Shown: positions 28,563 to 38,690 of the stretch, piece by piece
Layout of the letters: every line of letters begins with the position of its first letter
Position numbering within the stretch: the stretch's first letter is position 1
Assembly (NCBI RefSeq): GCF_036919815.1
Contig: NZ_JBALCE010000051.1
Coordinates: 4,819-68,818 of the forward strand
From: Nostoc sp.
GTDB taxonomy: Bacteria > Cyanobacteriota > Cyanobacteriia > Cyanobacteriales > Nostocaceae
Direction: 5' to 3'
DNA length: 64,000 nt
Notes under the pieces: generated by a model
Databases searched by the model: none
The model's input: only the letters and a program-made list of their open reading frames with translations
What the model was told of the DNA's origin: nothing
Position numbers and translations under genes: made by a program

Positions 28563-28922
28563 TTATTGTTTGTCGTCAATTGCAACTTGGGGGACTCCCA
28601 TGCTGTAGTTAGTAACGCGGGCAGAGAGATTGTAGCTGAGTTCGCCGATTTGCAGGAGCGATCGCAGATAATGCTCTAAGTCTGACCCCACACGGCGTAA
28701 GTTATATTCTGTGAGGTCTACGCCACTAGATGCTTCTACTAGTTCATCAAATTTTCGGTAAACCTTTTGCAGCGCATCTTCATTCCAGTTAAATTCGTTA
28801 TCTGGGTCAATATCTAAGGTTAAAACCTGTTGACTAGGAATCAGTTCGCCATCCCGGTCAATTTCGCCTGCAAAAATGCGGACATGCCGGGTTGTGGACT
28901 TGAGCAACATTGGGTTATCCAT
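28563..28922 (-). CDS. ndhM: NAD(P)H-quinone oxidoreductase (NDH-1) subunit M
   Basis: MLLKSTTRHVRIFAGEI...LTLDIDPDNEFNWNEDALQKVYRKFDELV...DLTEYNLRRVGSDLE matches NdhM. The true start may be the second ATG (28910). Confidence 0.85.
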   Translation of the reverse strand: MDNPMLLKSTTRHVRIFAGEIDRDGELIPSQQVLTLDIDPDNEFNWNEDALQKVYRKFDELVEASSGVDLTEYNLRRVGSDLEHYLRSLLQIGELSYNLSARVTNYSMGVPQVAIDDKQ

Positions 28923-29774
28923 AAAAGGGTGTAAGTATTTGGGTGGATTACACTGAAATTATTGTAGACGTTATATCTGAAGCTTGAATGCTCTCAATTT
29001 ACAGCAGCTTTGAACAGTTTCAAAAGAGTATATTGAATGGGCATAAGTAAAAATATCACCTGTACTGATTAACTTAATACTTCTGTTAAGAGTTGAAGAC
29101 AAGGCTAACTGCTAGTACTGACAGTAGTCTAATTATTTTTCTGTAAAAATTACTGGCTAGAGTCTTTTTATTTAGGGTACTAATCTTACCTACTGCTAAG
29201 ATTTTTGGATTCATCAAGCCCAAAAGACAGTAGGGGCAGGCACTTGGCAGGAATAATTTGATCTGAGTACATTTTTTAATGGAGAACAAAAATTTTTACT
29301 TTAATAATTATAATCAGAAATTTATTCGGAATTTGCTGCTGATAAAAACGTACATCAAGTAATTTTACGGAATAGCGCTACATCGACCACTGGCTTTAAT
29401 AAACTCAAAAAACTTAAGCGGTTTTACTTACGTATAAACACCAAAATTAGAGTAACAAGTAAAACTCTTGTTGACGTTAACATAAAGTTGATGTAAAAAG
29501 GTTTAAAAAAGTCGAGCAACTTCTTACAGAAACTTTATTGTGTAGAATTTTAAAAACTGAATAATAGTTATGGCTTACCATAAGCTATATCTGGCACAGG
29601 AGCATCAAAATCTACCTTGAAAAAAAATACAGGAGAGTGAAATGGGATACAAAGGTGATTGATGAAGAAAAAGTCTTAATTGAAGCATTTTGGATTCAAA
29701 AAAGATATAAAGAATTTTGCTGGACATCTACCTCTTTAGCCTCATGACCACCAAGTAAAGGAATCTCAATAGCT

Positions 29775-30059
29775 ATGAACTCCAAAGCATTACCACGCCA
29801 AATAAATAATCTCGAAGTAGGTGTTTATGAGTGCGAAATACATCTCAAATTCCGGTTGATTGAGGAAAAGAGTCTATTGGGCGATCGCGAACAACTATTA
29901 CAGGTGTTACTTGATGCTTTAACCGAAGGTTCTGATGACTTTCTAGAGACGTTGCAAGCGTCCGTTAAAGCGCAGGAAGTGTCTGAGTTGAAAGCCTCAC
30001 CTCAAATGCGGCGCCAGCTAATGCGCTTGCGTAATGCTGCTGAAAATACCCAAACTTAA
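29775..30059 (+). CDS. Hypothetical protein (94 aa)
   Basis: ORF only. It is preceded by ~850 nt of AT-rich ORF-poor DNA. Confidence 0.35.
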   Translation: MNSKALPRQINNLEVGVYECEIHLKFRLIEEKSLLGDREQLLQVLLDALTEGSDDFLETLQASVKAQEVSELKASPQMRRQLMRLRNAAENTQT

Positions 30060-30355
30060 AGGTGTAATTTAAGTAGTTAAACAATGTGAATTGGGCATCA
30101 AAATCAAATATTGATCCCATACTTGCGTTGCCATAAAAACTTAGCAGTAAGTAGAATTCATAAAATATTGTGATTTCTACTTTGTGAAAGTCTTATTTAG
30201 CAGTACAAAGTCCCAGAAACAGTTTCCGCTATTAAAAACTTTGTAGCAAAGAGTACTGGTAGAATCTGAGAGCAAATTCAGCCGGGTGCATTTTACCGAG
30301 TTTTTATCAAAACATTGCAGGAATAACAAAACCCTGTGTCTTTACAGATGGGGAA

Positions 30356-30427
30356 AGGGAGACAAGGGAGATAAGGGAGATAAGGGAGATAAGGGAGATA
30401 AGGGAGATAAGGGAGATAAGGGAGATA
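30356..30427 (+). repeat. Nonamer tandem array (agggagata x8)
   Basis: Eight abutting 9-nt units, followed by caatgcc heptamers. It lies in the convergent gap 3' of the response regulator gene. Confidence 0.95.
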
Positions 30428-30491
30428 AAGAGAAAATAACCAATGCCCAATGCCCAATACTTCGACTTCGCTCAGTACAAGTGCCCAATGC

Positions 30492-31187
30492 CTATTTAGC
30501 AAGACCGTGTTCTAGGGCAAAACGAACTAACTCTGTACGGCTACTGGTGCCAGTTTTACTAAATAAACGGCTGACGTACTTTTCTACATTACGGACGCTG
30601 GTTTCTAAGCGACGGGCGATTTCTTTGTTCATCAACCCTTCAGCGACTAAGTTCAAAACACTTTGTTCTCTGGGAGTCAAATCAATTTTGAAAGGGGCTG
30701 GCGATTGGGAAATGGCATTTCTTTGAGTTAACAATGCCTTAATTTGGGCAATCTGATTGGCTAGTTCGGCAAGATCGGGGGTTTCAGCGTCATCTCCGGT
30801 ACTTGCGGACTTAGCGGCGCGGCGGGCTAGCAAATTTTCAACTATAGCCACTAACTCGTCGGGATCGAAGGGTTTGGGTAGATAGGCGTCAACACCAGCA
30901 TGATAGCCTTGGATGCGATCGCCTGTCATACCTTTGGCAGTTAAAAATACTACCGGGAGTGCTTGGAAGCGGGGGTCTTCTCGTAGTTGCTTAAGGAACT
31001 GATAGCCATCTACCTGAGGCATCATCACATCAGAAATCACTAAATCAGGTGTATTCAGCTGCATCCATTCCCAACCTTCAAGGGCGTTACTGGCGACTTG
31101 AACGCTGAAACCGCTCTCTTGCAAATAGTCTTTCACGGCTTCCCGTATCCCTGGTTCATCATCCACCAGTAACAATTGTGCTGACAT
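30492..31187 (-). CDS. Response regulator, NarL/FixJ (LuxR-type HTH) family
   Basis: Receiver domain LLVDDEPGIREAV...DLVISDVMMPQVDG...FLTAKG...KPF. C-terminal HTH LTPREQSVLNLVAEGLMNKEIARRLETSVRNVEKYVSRLFSK. Confidence 0.85.
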   Translation of the reverse strand: MSAQLLLVDDEPGIREAVKDYLQESGFSVQVASNALEGWEWMQLNTPDLVISDVMMPQVDGYQFLKQLREDPRFQALPVVFLTAKGMTGDRIQGYHAGVDAYLPKPFDPDELVAIVENLLARRAAKSASTGDDAETPDLAELANQIAQIKALLTQRNAISQSPAPFKIDLTPREQSVLNLVAEGLMNKEIARRLETSVRNVEKYVSRLFSKTGTSSRTELVRFALEHGLAK

Positions 31188-31437
31188 TTAAAATTTCCTT
31201 GAGTTTTCCTTTTTCCAATTTAGCGAAAGTTGACAGGCATTGATCAGGAGTTAGAAGTTAAGAGTTAGGAGTTAAGTAGTCAGACAGAATTAATTACACA
31301 ACGTCAATGCGAATGTAGAGAAGAGTAATAAAGCAATTCGCTTGCGGTTGCGATTGCTTTATTATGCTCGCAATGACTGTAAATATTTTCGTCTAGCTAC
31401 TTAGGGATTTCCAACAAATATAGGACTTACGCACAAG

Positions 31438-31496
31438 AGATCCCCCAACCCCCTTAAAAAGTTGGCTCTTGAGTTTCCCCCCAATTTATCGGGGGG
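31438..31496. repeat. G/C-tract palindromic repeat, related to 16865-16959
   Basis: gagatcccccaacccccttaaaaag matches the reverse complement of 16935-16955. It also contains the hairpin ccccccaatttatcgggggg. Confidence 0.7.
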
Positions 31497-31617
31497 TTAG
31501 GGGATGAGGGCAAAACGTCTTCTCAAAGCAGATTTTTTCTTAAGTTGACACCAATGGCTTTCCAGCCTACCCCACAATAAGTAGTTGGATATTTTTTTAT
31601 TTGTCAGTCCCTTATTC

Positions 31618-32676
31618 TTACAGCCGATCAATTATCTTGGCATTCTCTGGCAGCTTGGCATCTCGTTGCCCAGCAGCACGCGCCCTAGCTGTGAACAAAC
31701 CAATGGGAGTATTTAATAAATCTACAAGGGTGACTTGACTCGCGATGCCTGCGGTGGTCACTGAGCAGTTCGACAGGCTCACTGTATCACTTTGTGGTTC
31801 GCGCAGCGTCTCGTAGAGAAGTGCGGGCTGCGTCAATGCCTTCTTAATATCCCTTGGTATTTCCTTCAATAACCAACGTACTAAGCGATAGCCGCATTCT
31901 TTGGGTGTAATCTCTCGCATCAAATCGACACCGTGCAGTTCGTGCAGATACCGATTTGAGCGCCCATAGCGCCGCCATTGACTTTGCAGTTCTTGAAGTG
32001 TAGCACGGTGGCGGTGCTGAACGATCGCATTCGCACTAAATTCCAAACGCCCGATGTTTTCTCCCAAAATCCGCCAGCAAATATCTGCATCGCCACCAGT
32101 GGTAAGATAAGGACGAAATAAACCCGCTTTTTCTAAGGCAATGCGTCGAATCGCTAAATTAGCCGTTTGACCATAGGGACGAAAGGAATGGTCAAGGGTA
32201 TGCTTTTGTGACAAAGTTTCTTGACGGTCTGCATATTGTTCTAACAGAGTTGTGCCTGGTAGTGCCAAAATTTCACCAGCGACAATTGCCACTTCTTTCT
32301 TGACAAAAGGCGGAATTAATGAATTTAACCATTGTGGTTGCGGACGACAATCTGCATCGGTAAAAACTATAATTTCACCGCTAGCGGCGCGAATCCCAGT
32401 ATTACGAGCAGCGTATGAGCTTTGAATTTGGTTTTGGCTCAACGGGTAAATTGTAATTGGGCAATTTTCAGCAGATGTTTTCAGAATGGTAAGGGTGCGA
32501 TCGCTACTATTATTGTCCACCAATAAGTACTCTACCCGGTCTTTTGGGTAGGTTTGAGACAACAGACAATTGAGCAAATCTGGTAAATCCGCCTCACCGT
32601 TATAAATAGGAACAACCACCGACACCATTGGTAAAAAGCTGGTGGCGGTGGTTGCATCAACTGGCTGATGATTCAT
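31618..32676 (-). CDS. Family 2 glycosyltransferase carrying an in-frame repeat insertion near its C-terminus
   Basis: GT-A core VSVVVPIYNGEADLPDLLNCLLSQTYP...LLVDNNSSDRT and FTDADCRP. The segment LLYETLREPQSDTVSLSNCSVTTAG is encoded by dispersed-repeat DNA. Confidence 0.8.
   Translation of the reverse strand: MNHQPVDATTATSFLPMVSVVVPIYNGEADLPDLLNCLLSQTYPKDRVEYLLVDNNSSDRTLTILKTSAENCPITIYPLSQNQIQSSYAARNTGIRAASGEIIVFTDADCRPQPQWLNSLIPPFVKKEVAIVAGEILALPGTTLLEQYADRQETLSQKHTLDHSFRPYGQTANLAIRRIALEKAGLFRPYLTTGGDADICWRILGENIGRLEFSANAIVQHRHRATLQELQSQWRRYGRSNRYLHELHGVDLMREITPKECGYRLVRWLLKEIPRDIKKALTQPALLYETLREPQSDTVSLSNCSVTTAGIASQVTLVDLLNTPIGLFTARARAAGQRDAKLPENAKIIDRL
31754..31823 (-). repeat. Small dispersed repeats inside the GT2 coding sequence
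   Basis: 31754-31784 matches 22614-22644 (30/31). 31801-31823 is identical to 22703-22725. Confidence 0.9.
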
Positions 32677-32844
32677 AAATCTGAGATTTTGGAGATGGGA
32701 TTACTAGCTAGTATTCCCAAACCAAAATCCTAGAACGACAATATCAAGCAGTTTTTATAACTCCAAAAATCTTGATTTGGGAATATATTAACAGTGCTGA
32801 ATAGGAAGATTCATCGGTACTACTTCTTACTCAGCCCTCCTAAA

Positions 32845-34185
32845 TTACAATTTCAAGTCACCGGCGCGGCTCATGGGTTGAGTCGGTTGATTTGCCGGCG
32901 GCTGGGCAAAGTTCTTATTTGATAGAATTGCGATCGCACGGGCATATTGTGGATCACTCTTGGTTCCGATTAAATCTGGATTAGAAGCCAACTGACGCTC
33001 TTGTGTCTCTGTCAAGTCTAGCTTAATATCTGGGGTGATCCCTTTATGGTTAATATCCGTTCCCGCAGGAGTGTAGTAATGGGCAATGGTGACAGCCAAG
33101 CCGGAACCATCTGCGAGTTCATGAACTGACTGGACTAATGCCTTACCAAAGGTTTGACCACCTACGACTACCGCCCGCTTATTATCCTTGAGTGCCCCTG
33201 TGAGGATTTCGCTAGCACTAGCTGAATTCCCATCTACTAAGACCGCCAAAGGACGATTTGTCAGCGCAGTGCGATTGGCTTTAGTTACCTCACTGCTGCC
33301 CACACGGTCTACTGTCTTGACAATGCCCCCATTATCATACCACATCCGCGCAATTTCAATGCTAGCCTGCAACAAACCGCCAGGATTTCCCCGCAAATCC
33401 AACACATAAGAATCAACTTTCTTAGTGTTCAAATCGCGGATGGCTCGTTGCATTTGGTCTGCGGCGTGGGCGCTAAATTCCCGCAAACGGATATAGCCAA
33501 CGCGGCGATTCCCTTCTTGTCTGAGGGTATAACGTACCGTTGGCACCTCAATATTTGCCCTCGTTAGTTTGACATCAAAGGCATTTTGCCGCGTCCGTCC
33601 CAGGCGTAGCTTGATGGGAGTACCCGCTTTGCCACGAATTAGCTTGGAGGCATCATCCACTTTCATTTTGAGAGTGGGTTTGCCGTCAATTGCCAAAATT
33701 TCATCGCCTGCTTTGATCCCAGCTTTCAGTGCGGGAGAATTTTCTATGGCTTCGACAACAGTGAGCCGTTGAGTTTTTTGGTTCACTTCCATCCGAATCC
33801 CAATGCCAGAGACTTCCCCAGATGTTTGGCTAGTCAGGGCTTCAAACTGTTTGGGGTCCATGAACCGAGTGTAAGGATCTCCCAACTTTTGTAAAGCTTC
33901 GCGGATGGCAGTATAAGCTTCTTCACGAGAAGAATAGTCTTTGCTCAACAGGCTTTGTCTGGTTGCTTGCCAATCTTGTTGATTAAATTTAGCATCAACA
34001 TATTCGTGATTCACCACTTGCCAGACTTGATCAACTATTGCTTTCGGGCTGTCTTGTAGGGCTAGAGCGGCACGGACATCACGAGTCCAGGCGGGGCCGA
34101 ACACAGACATCGTAGCAGTAGTGGCGATCGCTCCACCAATCAAGGCTACTTGAAGCGGCGAGTAACTTTTGGCAGATTGGTTCAT
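32845..34185 (-). CDS. Carboxyl-terminal processing protease (S41 family, Ctp)
   Basis: PDZ region GIGIRM...VVEAIENSPALKAGIKAGDEILAIDG. Catalytic region LDLRGNPGGLL and VLVDGNSASASEI. N-terminal TM helix. Confidence 0.85.
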   Translation of the reverse strand: MNQSAKSYSPLQVALIGGAIATTATMSVFGPAWTRDVRAALALQDSPKAIVDQVWQVVNHEYVDAKFNQQDWQATRQSLLSKDYSSREEAYTAIREALQKLGDPYTRFMDPKQFEALTSQTSGEVSGIGIRMEVNQKTQRLTVVEAIENSPALKAGIKAGDEILAIDGKPTLKMKVDDASKLIRGKAGTPIKLRLGRTRQNAFDVKLTRANIEVPTVRYTLRQEGNRRVGYIRLREFSAHAADQMQRAIRDLNTKKVDSYVLDLRGNPGGLLQASIEIARMWYDNGGIVKTVDRVGSSEVTKANRTALTNRPLAVLVDGNSASASEILTGALKDNKRAVVVGGQTFGKALVQSVHELADGSGLAVTIAHYYTPAGTDINHKGITPDIKLDLTETQERQLASNPDLIGTKSDPQYARAIAILSNKNFAQPPANQPTQPMSRAGDLKL

Positions 34186-34497
34186 GTATTATATCAGTTG
34201 CAATAATTGTGTTGTTGACAGTTTAACAATCAGGCTTTCCAGAAAAATTTAAGTTTTTATACCCCAAACTCAGCTATGCTACCTTCATCATTTTTATCGT
34301 TCAATGATGCCGAAGATACTCCATTATTAACAACCATTTCTCAGTTTGTTAGCCTTCTTCGCAAGGCTGTACTCACTATGTGACACTTTGATCGGCGTCA
34401 TGTTTGCACTTCTTCATTGCTTTTATAAGATAGCACTTTGTTCACTCAATTGCAGCACTGTTAGACAGCTATTAAATCAGGTTTTCTTACCTAAGTC

Positions 34498-35196
34498 ATG
34501 AAACGCAAATTTACCATCAAATCATTAATCTCTATTAAAAGAAAATTTGCTAATCTGTGGCAATTGTTACAAAAACTAACTATTGGATTGTGCTTTGTCC
34601 TGGGCGCTTGGCTGATTTTTACCACTATAACCTTAGTTTTTGCTTCTTCGCAGCCAGTAGATGCTTTCTTTGTGCTTGGTGGCAGTATTAATCGAGAAAT
34701 TTATGTTGCTCAACAAGCAAAACAATATCCGCAAACCCCAATTTTAATTTCTCATGGTTCCCCAGACCCCTGTATATGGTTAATTTTTCAGCCGGAATTA
34801 GCAGAGTTAGAAAACGTTTGGTTGGAAAAGTGCGCGAATTCTACCTTTGAAAATTTCTATTATGGTATCCCGATTCTCCGGCGTTGGGGAGTGCATAAAG
34901 TCATGTTGATTACCTCGCCAAGTCACTTACCCAGAGCCAAATGGATGGCACAGATTCTTTTGGGCGCTCATGGTATTTGGGTAGAGTCAGAGATTGTTCA
35001 GGAGTTGGGTGTTCCTGGTAATCGTGAATCTTGGCCTAAAACTGGATTAGATTTAACACGCAGCCTATTTTGGGCGATTTTAAGTCAAATTATTCAACCG
35101 CAATGCTCAAATGTAACAAGACTTACGCAAGTAGATATGCAAGCTTGGGAGCATCAAGGTTTTCATTGTGAACACCAAGGGGGGTTGGGGAGATAA
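34498..35196 (+). CDS. DUF218 (YdcF/ElyC-like) domain membrane protein
   Basis: N-terminal TM helix followed by VDAFFVLGGSINRE...ISHGS and LITSPSHLPRA, as in DUF218 proteins. Confidence 0.55.
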   Translation: MKRKFTIKSLISIKRKFANLWQLLQKLTIGLCFVLGAWLIFTTITLVFASSQPVDAFFVLGGSINREIYVAQQAKQYPQTPILISHGSPDPCIWLIFQPELAELENVWLEKCANSTFENFYYGIPILRRWGVHKVMLITSPSHLPRAKWMAQILLGAHGIWVESEIVQELGVPGNRESWPKTGLDLTRSLFWAILSQIIQPQCSNVTRLTQVDMQAWEHQGFHCEHQGGLGR

Positions 35197-35227
35197 CAAC
35201 AGACTACTAGGCAAAAGTCAGTTGACT

Positions 35228-35656
35228 TTAATCAGTTGGTTTATTAAAAACCTCTAAAATCTGTCGGCAAATCTGTTTGAGCTTATCCCCAATTTCACCA
35301 GAAGGCGAAGATGCGCCGACAATACTCCAGTTTTCTACCGTAGAAAGTCGCCAAGCTTCGCCGCGATGATCAAATCCAGCTACCTCCACGCCGATCGCCC
35401 GCCGGGAATTATTGATGGGATCTTGATAAAATCGGATTTGAATTAAAATACTGCGACTTCGCCAAGATTTGCTGATACCAGGAAAGTGAAAGCCAATATC
35501 TATAGAATCTGGATCGACTAACTCCCTGGTTTCTGGGTCATTCTTCCAGGGTTTGAGATCAGATTTGGCATCAGGAAACTCGAATTTGAACAAATTAACC
35601 ACCGTAGCAATGTTGCTGGCGAGTTCAAGGTTCGTTGCCTGTTCAGCTGCGTTCAC
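35228..35656 (-). CDS. Hypothetical protein (142 aa)
   Basis: ORF only; no motif recognised. Confidence 0.35.
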   Translation of the reverse strand: MNAAEQATNLELASNIATVVNLFKFEFPDAKSDLKPWKNDPETRELVDPDSIDIGFHFPGISKSWRSRSILIQIRFYQDPINNSRRAIGVEVAGFDHRGEAWRLSTVENWSIVGASSPSGEIGDKLKQICRQILEVFNKPTD

Positions 35657-36002
35657 TAAAAAACACTCCTATATTGCGTCGGCATCTTCGGGGATGTGAA
35701 GACAGAAAAACCGCCAGAAGGCTTATATTATTGGTGCTTCAGCTTATCAAAGACCTTTGAGATTTAGCAACTCTAAATCATATTTCCCTAACAATCCTGG
35801 TAACTAACAGATGCCAAAAATCGCTTCTTGTTTGGGACTGGCTAACACCTATTAAGTAATTATACTTAAAAATTCTTCAAAAGCAGATGAAATTCTGCCC
35901 TTTATAAAAAATATCAAGATTTTCTGCAAAATCCTTGGCTGACAAGAAGGATAAATTGCGCTAGCGATCTAAAATGACACTGGTAATCGGCAAACAAAAT
36001 GT

Positions 36003-36458
36003 ATGGTGCGTCAACGCTCAGTTTTTTCATTTTTTCTAGTATTATTGGCGACATTTCTCTTTAGTTGTGGCGGTCCTGGTGTCGCGGTGGCACCTCCGAC
36101 TTACACAGCAGCACAACTTGAAAGAATTCAGGCATACGTTCCTGAAATTCAGGCTGTGCGCGATCGCTCCCAAGAGTTGAAAACCCTAATCCAAAGAGGT
36201 GATTGGATTAATGTGCGTAACTTTATACATGGTCCGATAACAGAAGCAAGGCTGAATCTGACTTATGTCACTCCCAACCTTCTACCTAAAGACCAACCCA
36301 CAGCACGTCAAATAACGCGAGATTTCTTTGACCACTTAGTTAAACTTGATAAAGCTACTAGTGCTAGCAATCCTCAAATTGCCTTGACTAACTCCCAGGC
36401 TGCTTTCGCAGACGTTGACAAATTCCTCCAGCTGCTTCCTAAAGCAGATGAGGGTTAG
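36003..36458 (+). CDS. psbQ: Photosystem II lipoprotein CyanoQ (PsbQ-like)
   Basis: Lipobox LFSCGG. The size (151 aa) and the helical pattern RSQELKTLIQRGDWINVRNFIHGP...L...DFFDHLVKLDKA resemble cyanobacterial PsbQ. Confidence 0.5.
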   Translation: MVRQRSVFSFFLVLLATFLFSCGGPGVAVAPPTYTAAQLERIQAYVPEIQAVRDRSQELKTLIQRGDWINVRNFIHGPITEARLNLTYVTPNLLPKDQPTARQITRDFFDHLVKLDKATSASNPQIALTNSQAAFADVDKFLQLLPKADEG

Positions 36459-36529
36459 GAGTTAAGAGTTAAGAGTTAAGAGTTAGGAGTTAGGAATTTT
36501 CAACTTCTAACTTCTAACTTCTAACTTTA
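36454..36529. repeat. Inverted STRR arrays forming a long hairpin
   Basis: gttagga/gttaaga x6 (36454-36495) faces aacttct x3-4 (36502-36529). The arms pair with G-U wobbles. The array starts within the psbQ stop codon. Confidence 0.8.
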
Positions 36530-36539
36530 AGCACAAGTC

Positions 36540-37661
36540 ATGAATGTAGTTATTATCGGTTGTGGTGTAGTTGGGGCTGCGATCGCCTATGAACTAAGTC
36601 TAGTTAAAGGACTAAAAATCACAGTTTTTGACCGACAACCACCTGCACAAGCTGCCACGGGCGCTGCACTTGGCGTTTTGATGGGCGCAATCAGCCAAAA
36701 AATCAAGGGTAAAGCTTGGCAGATGCGACAAACTAGCATCCAACGCTATGAAACCTTAATTCCTGAACTAGAAACTTTAACTGGTCGCAAAATCCCTTTT
36801 AATCGTCAGGGAATTCTCATGCTTTTATCTGATTTCTCGCCTTCCCTAGAGGGGATATCAGCATGGGAGAAACTGGTAGAAATTCGCCACTCTCAAGGCT
36901 GGCATTTAGAAATTTGGGACACGGCTAAACTTCAGAATATCTGTCCTCAAATTAATCACGAAAAAATTACTGGCGCTGTCTATTCTCCCCAAGATCGTCA
37001 ACTTGATCCAACTGCCCTCACATTAGCTTTAGTTGAGGCCGCCCAGCAAAATGGTGTGACTTTCAAATTTGGTGTCGCTGTTTTGGATACCCCAACCTCA
37101 ACACCTGAATCTTCCGCCCAATTTTGTAATCAACTTGAGACTACAGAAGGAAAAATAGCCGCAGATTGGTTTGTAATCGCCGCCGGACTTGGTTCAACAC
37201 CACTGACGGCAAAATTCAATCAGATGGTTGATATTCGCCCCGTACTTGGGCAAGCGTTGCAATTACGTGTGGGACATCCATTAGGCAATCCCGACTTTCA
37301 GCCAGCGATAACGGGTAAGGATGTCCATATTGTTCCTGTGGGCGGTGGAGATTATTGGGTGGGTGCGACAGTGGAATTTCCCAGCAATGGAAATGAAATA
37401 CCGCCAAATCAAGAACTGCTGGAATCTGTTAGAGAACAAGCGATCGCATTTTGCCCAGAGTTAGCCACAGCAACGATTCTCCGCACTTGGTCGGGGTTAC
37501 GTCCCCGTCCCGAAGGACGCCCAGCCCCAGTTATTGGTAAGTTGCCAGGGTTTACTAACGTCCTCTTGGCTACTGGACACTATCGCAACGGCGTTTTACT
37601 AGCACCCGCTACAGCTTATGCAATTCGTGAGATGATTATTTCTCAGGGACTGGGGGGATGA
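36540..37661 (+). CDS. FAD-dependent oxidoreductase (DAO / glycine-oxidase-like)
   Basis: N-terminal Rossmann motif MNVVIIGCGVVGAAIAYEL. C-terminal ATGHYRNGVLLAP is typical of the DAO family. Confidence 0.7.
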   Translation: MNVVIIGCGVVGAAIAYELSLVKGLKITVFDRQPPAQAATGAALGVLMGAISQKIKGKAWQMRQTSIQRYETLIPELETLTGRKIPFNRQGILMLLSDFSPSLEGISAWEKLVEIRHSQGWHLEIWDTAKLQNICPQINHEKITGAVYSPQDRQLDPTALTLALVEAAQQNGVTFKFGVAVLDTPTSTPESSAQFCNQLETTEGKIAADWFVIAAGLGSTPLTAKFNQMVDIRPVLGQALQLRVGHPLGNPDFQPAITGKDVHIVPVGGGDYWVGATVEFPSNGNEIPPNQELLESVREQAIAFCPELATATILRTWSGLRPRPEGRPAPVIGKLPGFTNVLLATGHYRNGVLLAPATAYAIREMIISQGLGG

Positions 37662-37690
37662 GGAAGTAAGAATTTTAGATTTTAGACTTT

Positions 37691-37755
37691 CCTGCGGAAC
37701 GCTACACGTAGCTTGCTTCCCCGGAGGGGTACGGCGTGAGCGCTCAGTCGAACGC
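37691..37755 (-). repeat. Inverted copy of the core of the 25545-25676 element
   Basis: 63/65 identity to the reverse complement of 25560-25624. Flanked by ttttaga / tctaaaa heptamers. Confidence 0.9.
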
Positions 37756-37838
37756 TTTTGGATTAAAGAATTGAAATTTAATCCAAAATCTAAAATCCAA
37801 AATTGAATTGCCTCATGCTCAATCTATAGGAAAATAGC

Positions 37839-38690
37839 GTGTCAATAACAGAACATAAAATTAATGTAGATTCACTGGAATGGTTTTATCGGGAATCTTT
37901 ACCAATCGGCAGAACTGACTTAGCACCTGTGTTGTTGCTACACGGCTTAGTTTCACAAAGTTATAGTTGGCGTAATATTATACCGGCTTTGGCGAATCAG
38001 GGTACAAGAGCGATCGCTCCTGATTGGATTGGTTATGGCTTTTCTGCAAAACCAGAAAAACGAGATTTTGCTTATACTCCCGATGCTTTTATTACAGCTT
38101 TAGAAGGATTTATTAAAGCGTTAGAACTTGAACATTTTTCTCTAGTTGTACAAGGGTTTTTAGGTTCTGTGGGATTACAATATGCCTTGCGTCATCCAGA
38201 ACAAATTGCTAATTTAGCTATCTTAAATACACCAATTTCAACTGCTGCCAAATTACCCTGGAAAATTAAACAAATGGGTTTACCTTTGGTAGGTGAAGTA
38301 ATGACACAAGATCCCCTGTTAGTTGACCGAACGCTAGAAGGTGGTAGCCGTTATCGCATCGGAGATAAAGATTTAGATATTTATCGAAAACCATTTTTGA
38401 AAACTTCTGCATCTGGTCGAAGTCTCTTAGCAAGTATTCGCAATTTACAGCTTGATTCAGCAATGACAGAAATCCAATCTGGCTTTAAAGAATGGCAACA
38501 GCCAATTCTGATTCAATGGGGTATGATTGACCCTTGGCTACCTGTAGAAATTGCCCAAAATTTTGCAAATTCCGTACCCAATACCGAATTAATAAAACTT
38601 AATAACGTCGGACATTATCCTCAAGAACACTACCACGAAGCGATTTTAGAAGACCTTTTACCCTTTGTGCGTCGTAAAGATGTTCATTGA
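37839..38690 (+). CDS. Alpha/beta-fold hydrolase family protein (haloalkane-dehalogenase-like fold)
   Basis: LLLHGLVSQSYSWRNIIPAL, C-terminal NVGHYPQEH. The nucleophile-elbow position reads VVQGFLGSVG. Confidence 0.7.
   Translation: MSITEHKINVDSLEWFYRESLPIGRTDLAPVLLLHGLVSQSYSWRNIIPALANQGTRAIAPDWIGYGFSAKPEKRDFAYTPDAFITALEGFIKALELEHFSLVVQGFLGSVGLQYALRHPEQIANLAILNTPISTAAKLPWKIKQMGLPLVGEVMTQDPLLVDRTLEGGSRYRIGDKDLDIYRKPFLKTSASGRSLLASIRNLQLDSAMTEIQSGFKEWQQPILIQWGMIDPWLPVEIAQNFANSVPNTELIKLNNVGHYPQEHYHEAILEDLLPFVRRKDVH

Noticed and set aside
29569-29584. Palindrome ttatggcttaccataa, resembling the half-sites of the pncB upstream palindrome.
   Set aside because: The arm length and spacing differ (6+4+6 versus 11+5+11), and no NAD-related gene is nearby. 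It is probably coincidental.
30286-30726. ORF with a GDKGDKGDK collagen-like repeat (plus strand), and ORF 30293-30502 (minus strand).
   Set aside because: The repeat peptide is the nonamer array agggagata translated. The rest of the plus-strand ORF is antisense to the well-supported response regulator gene.
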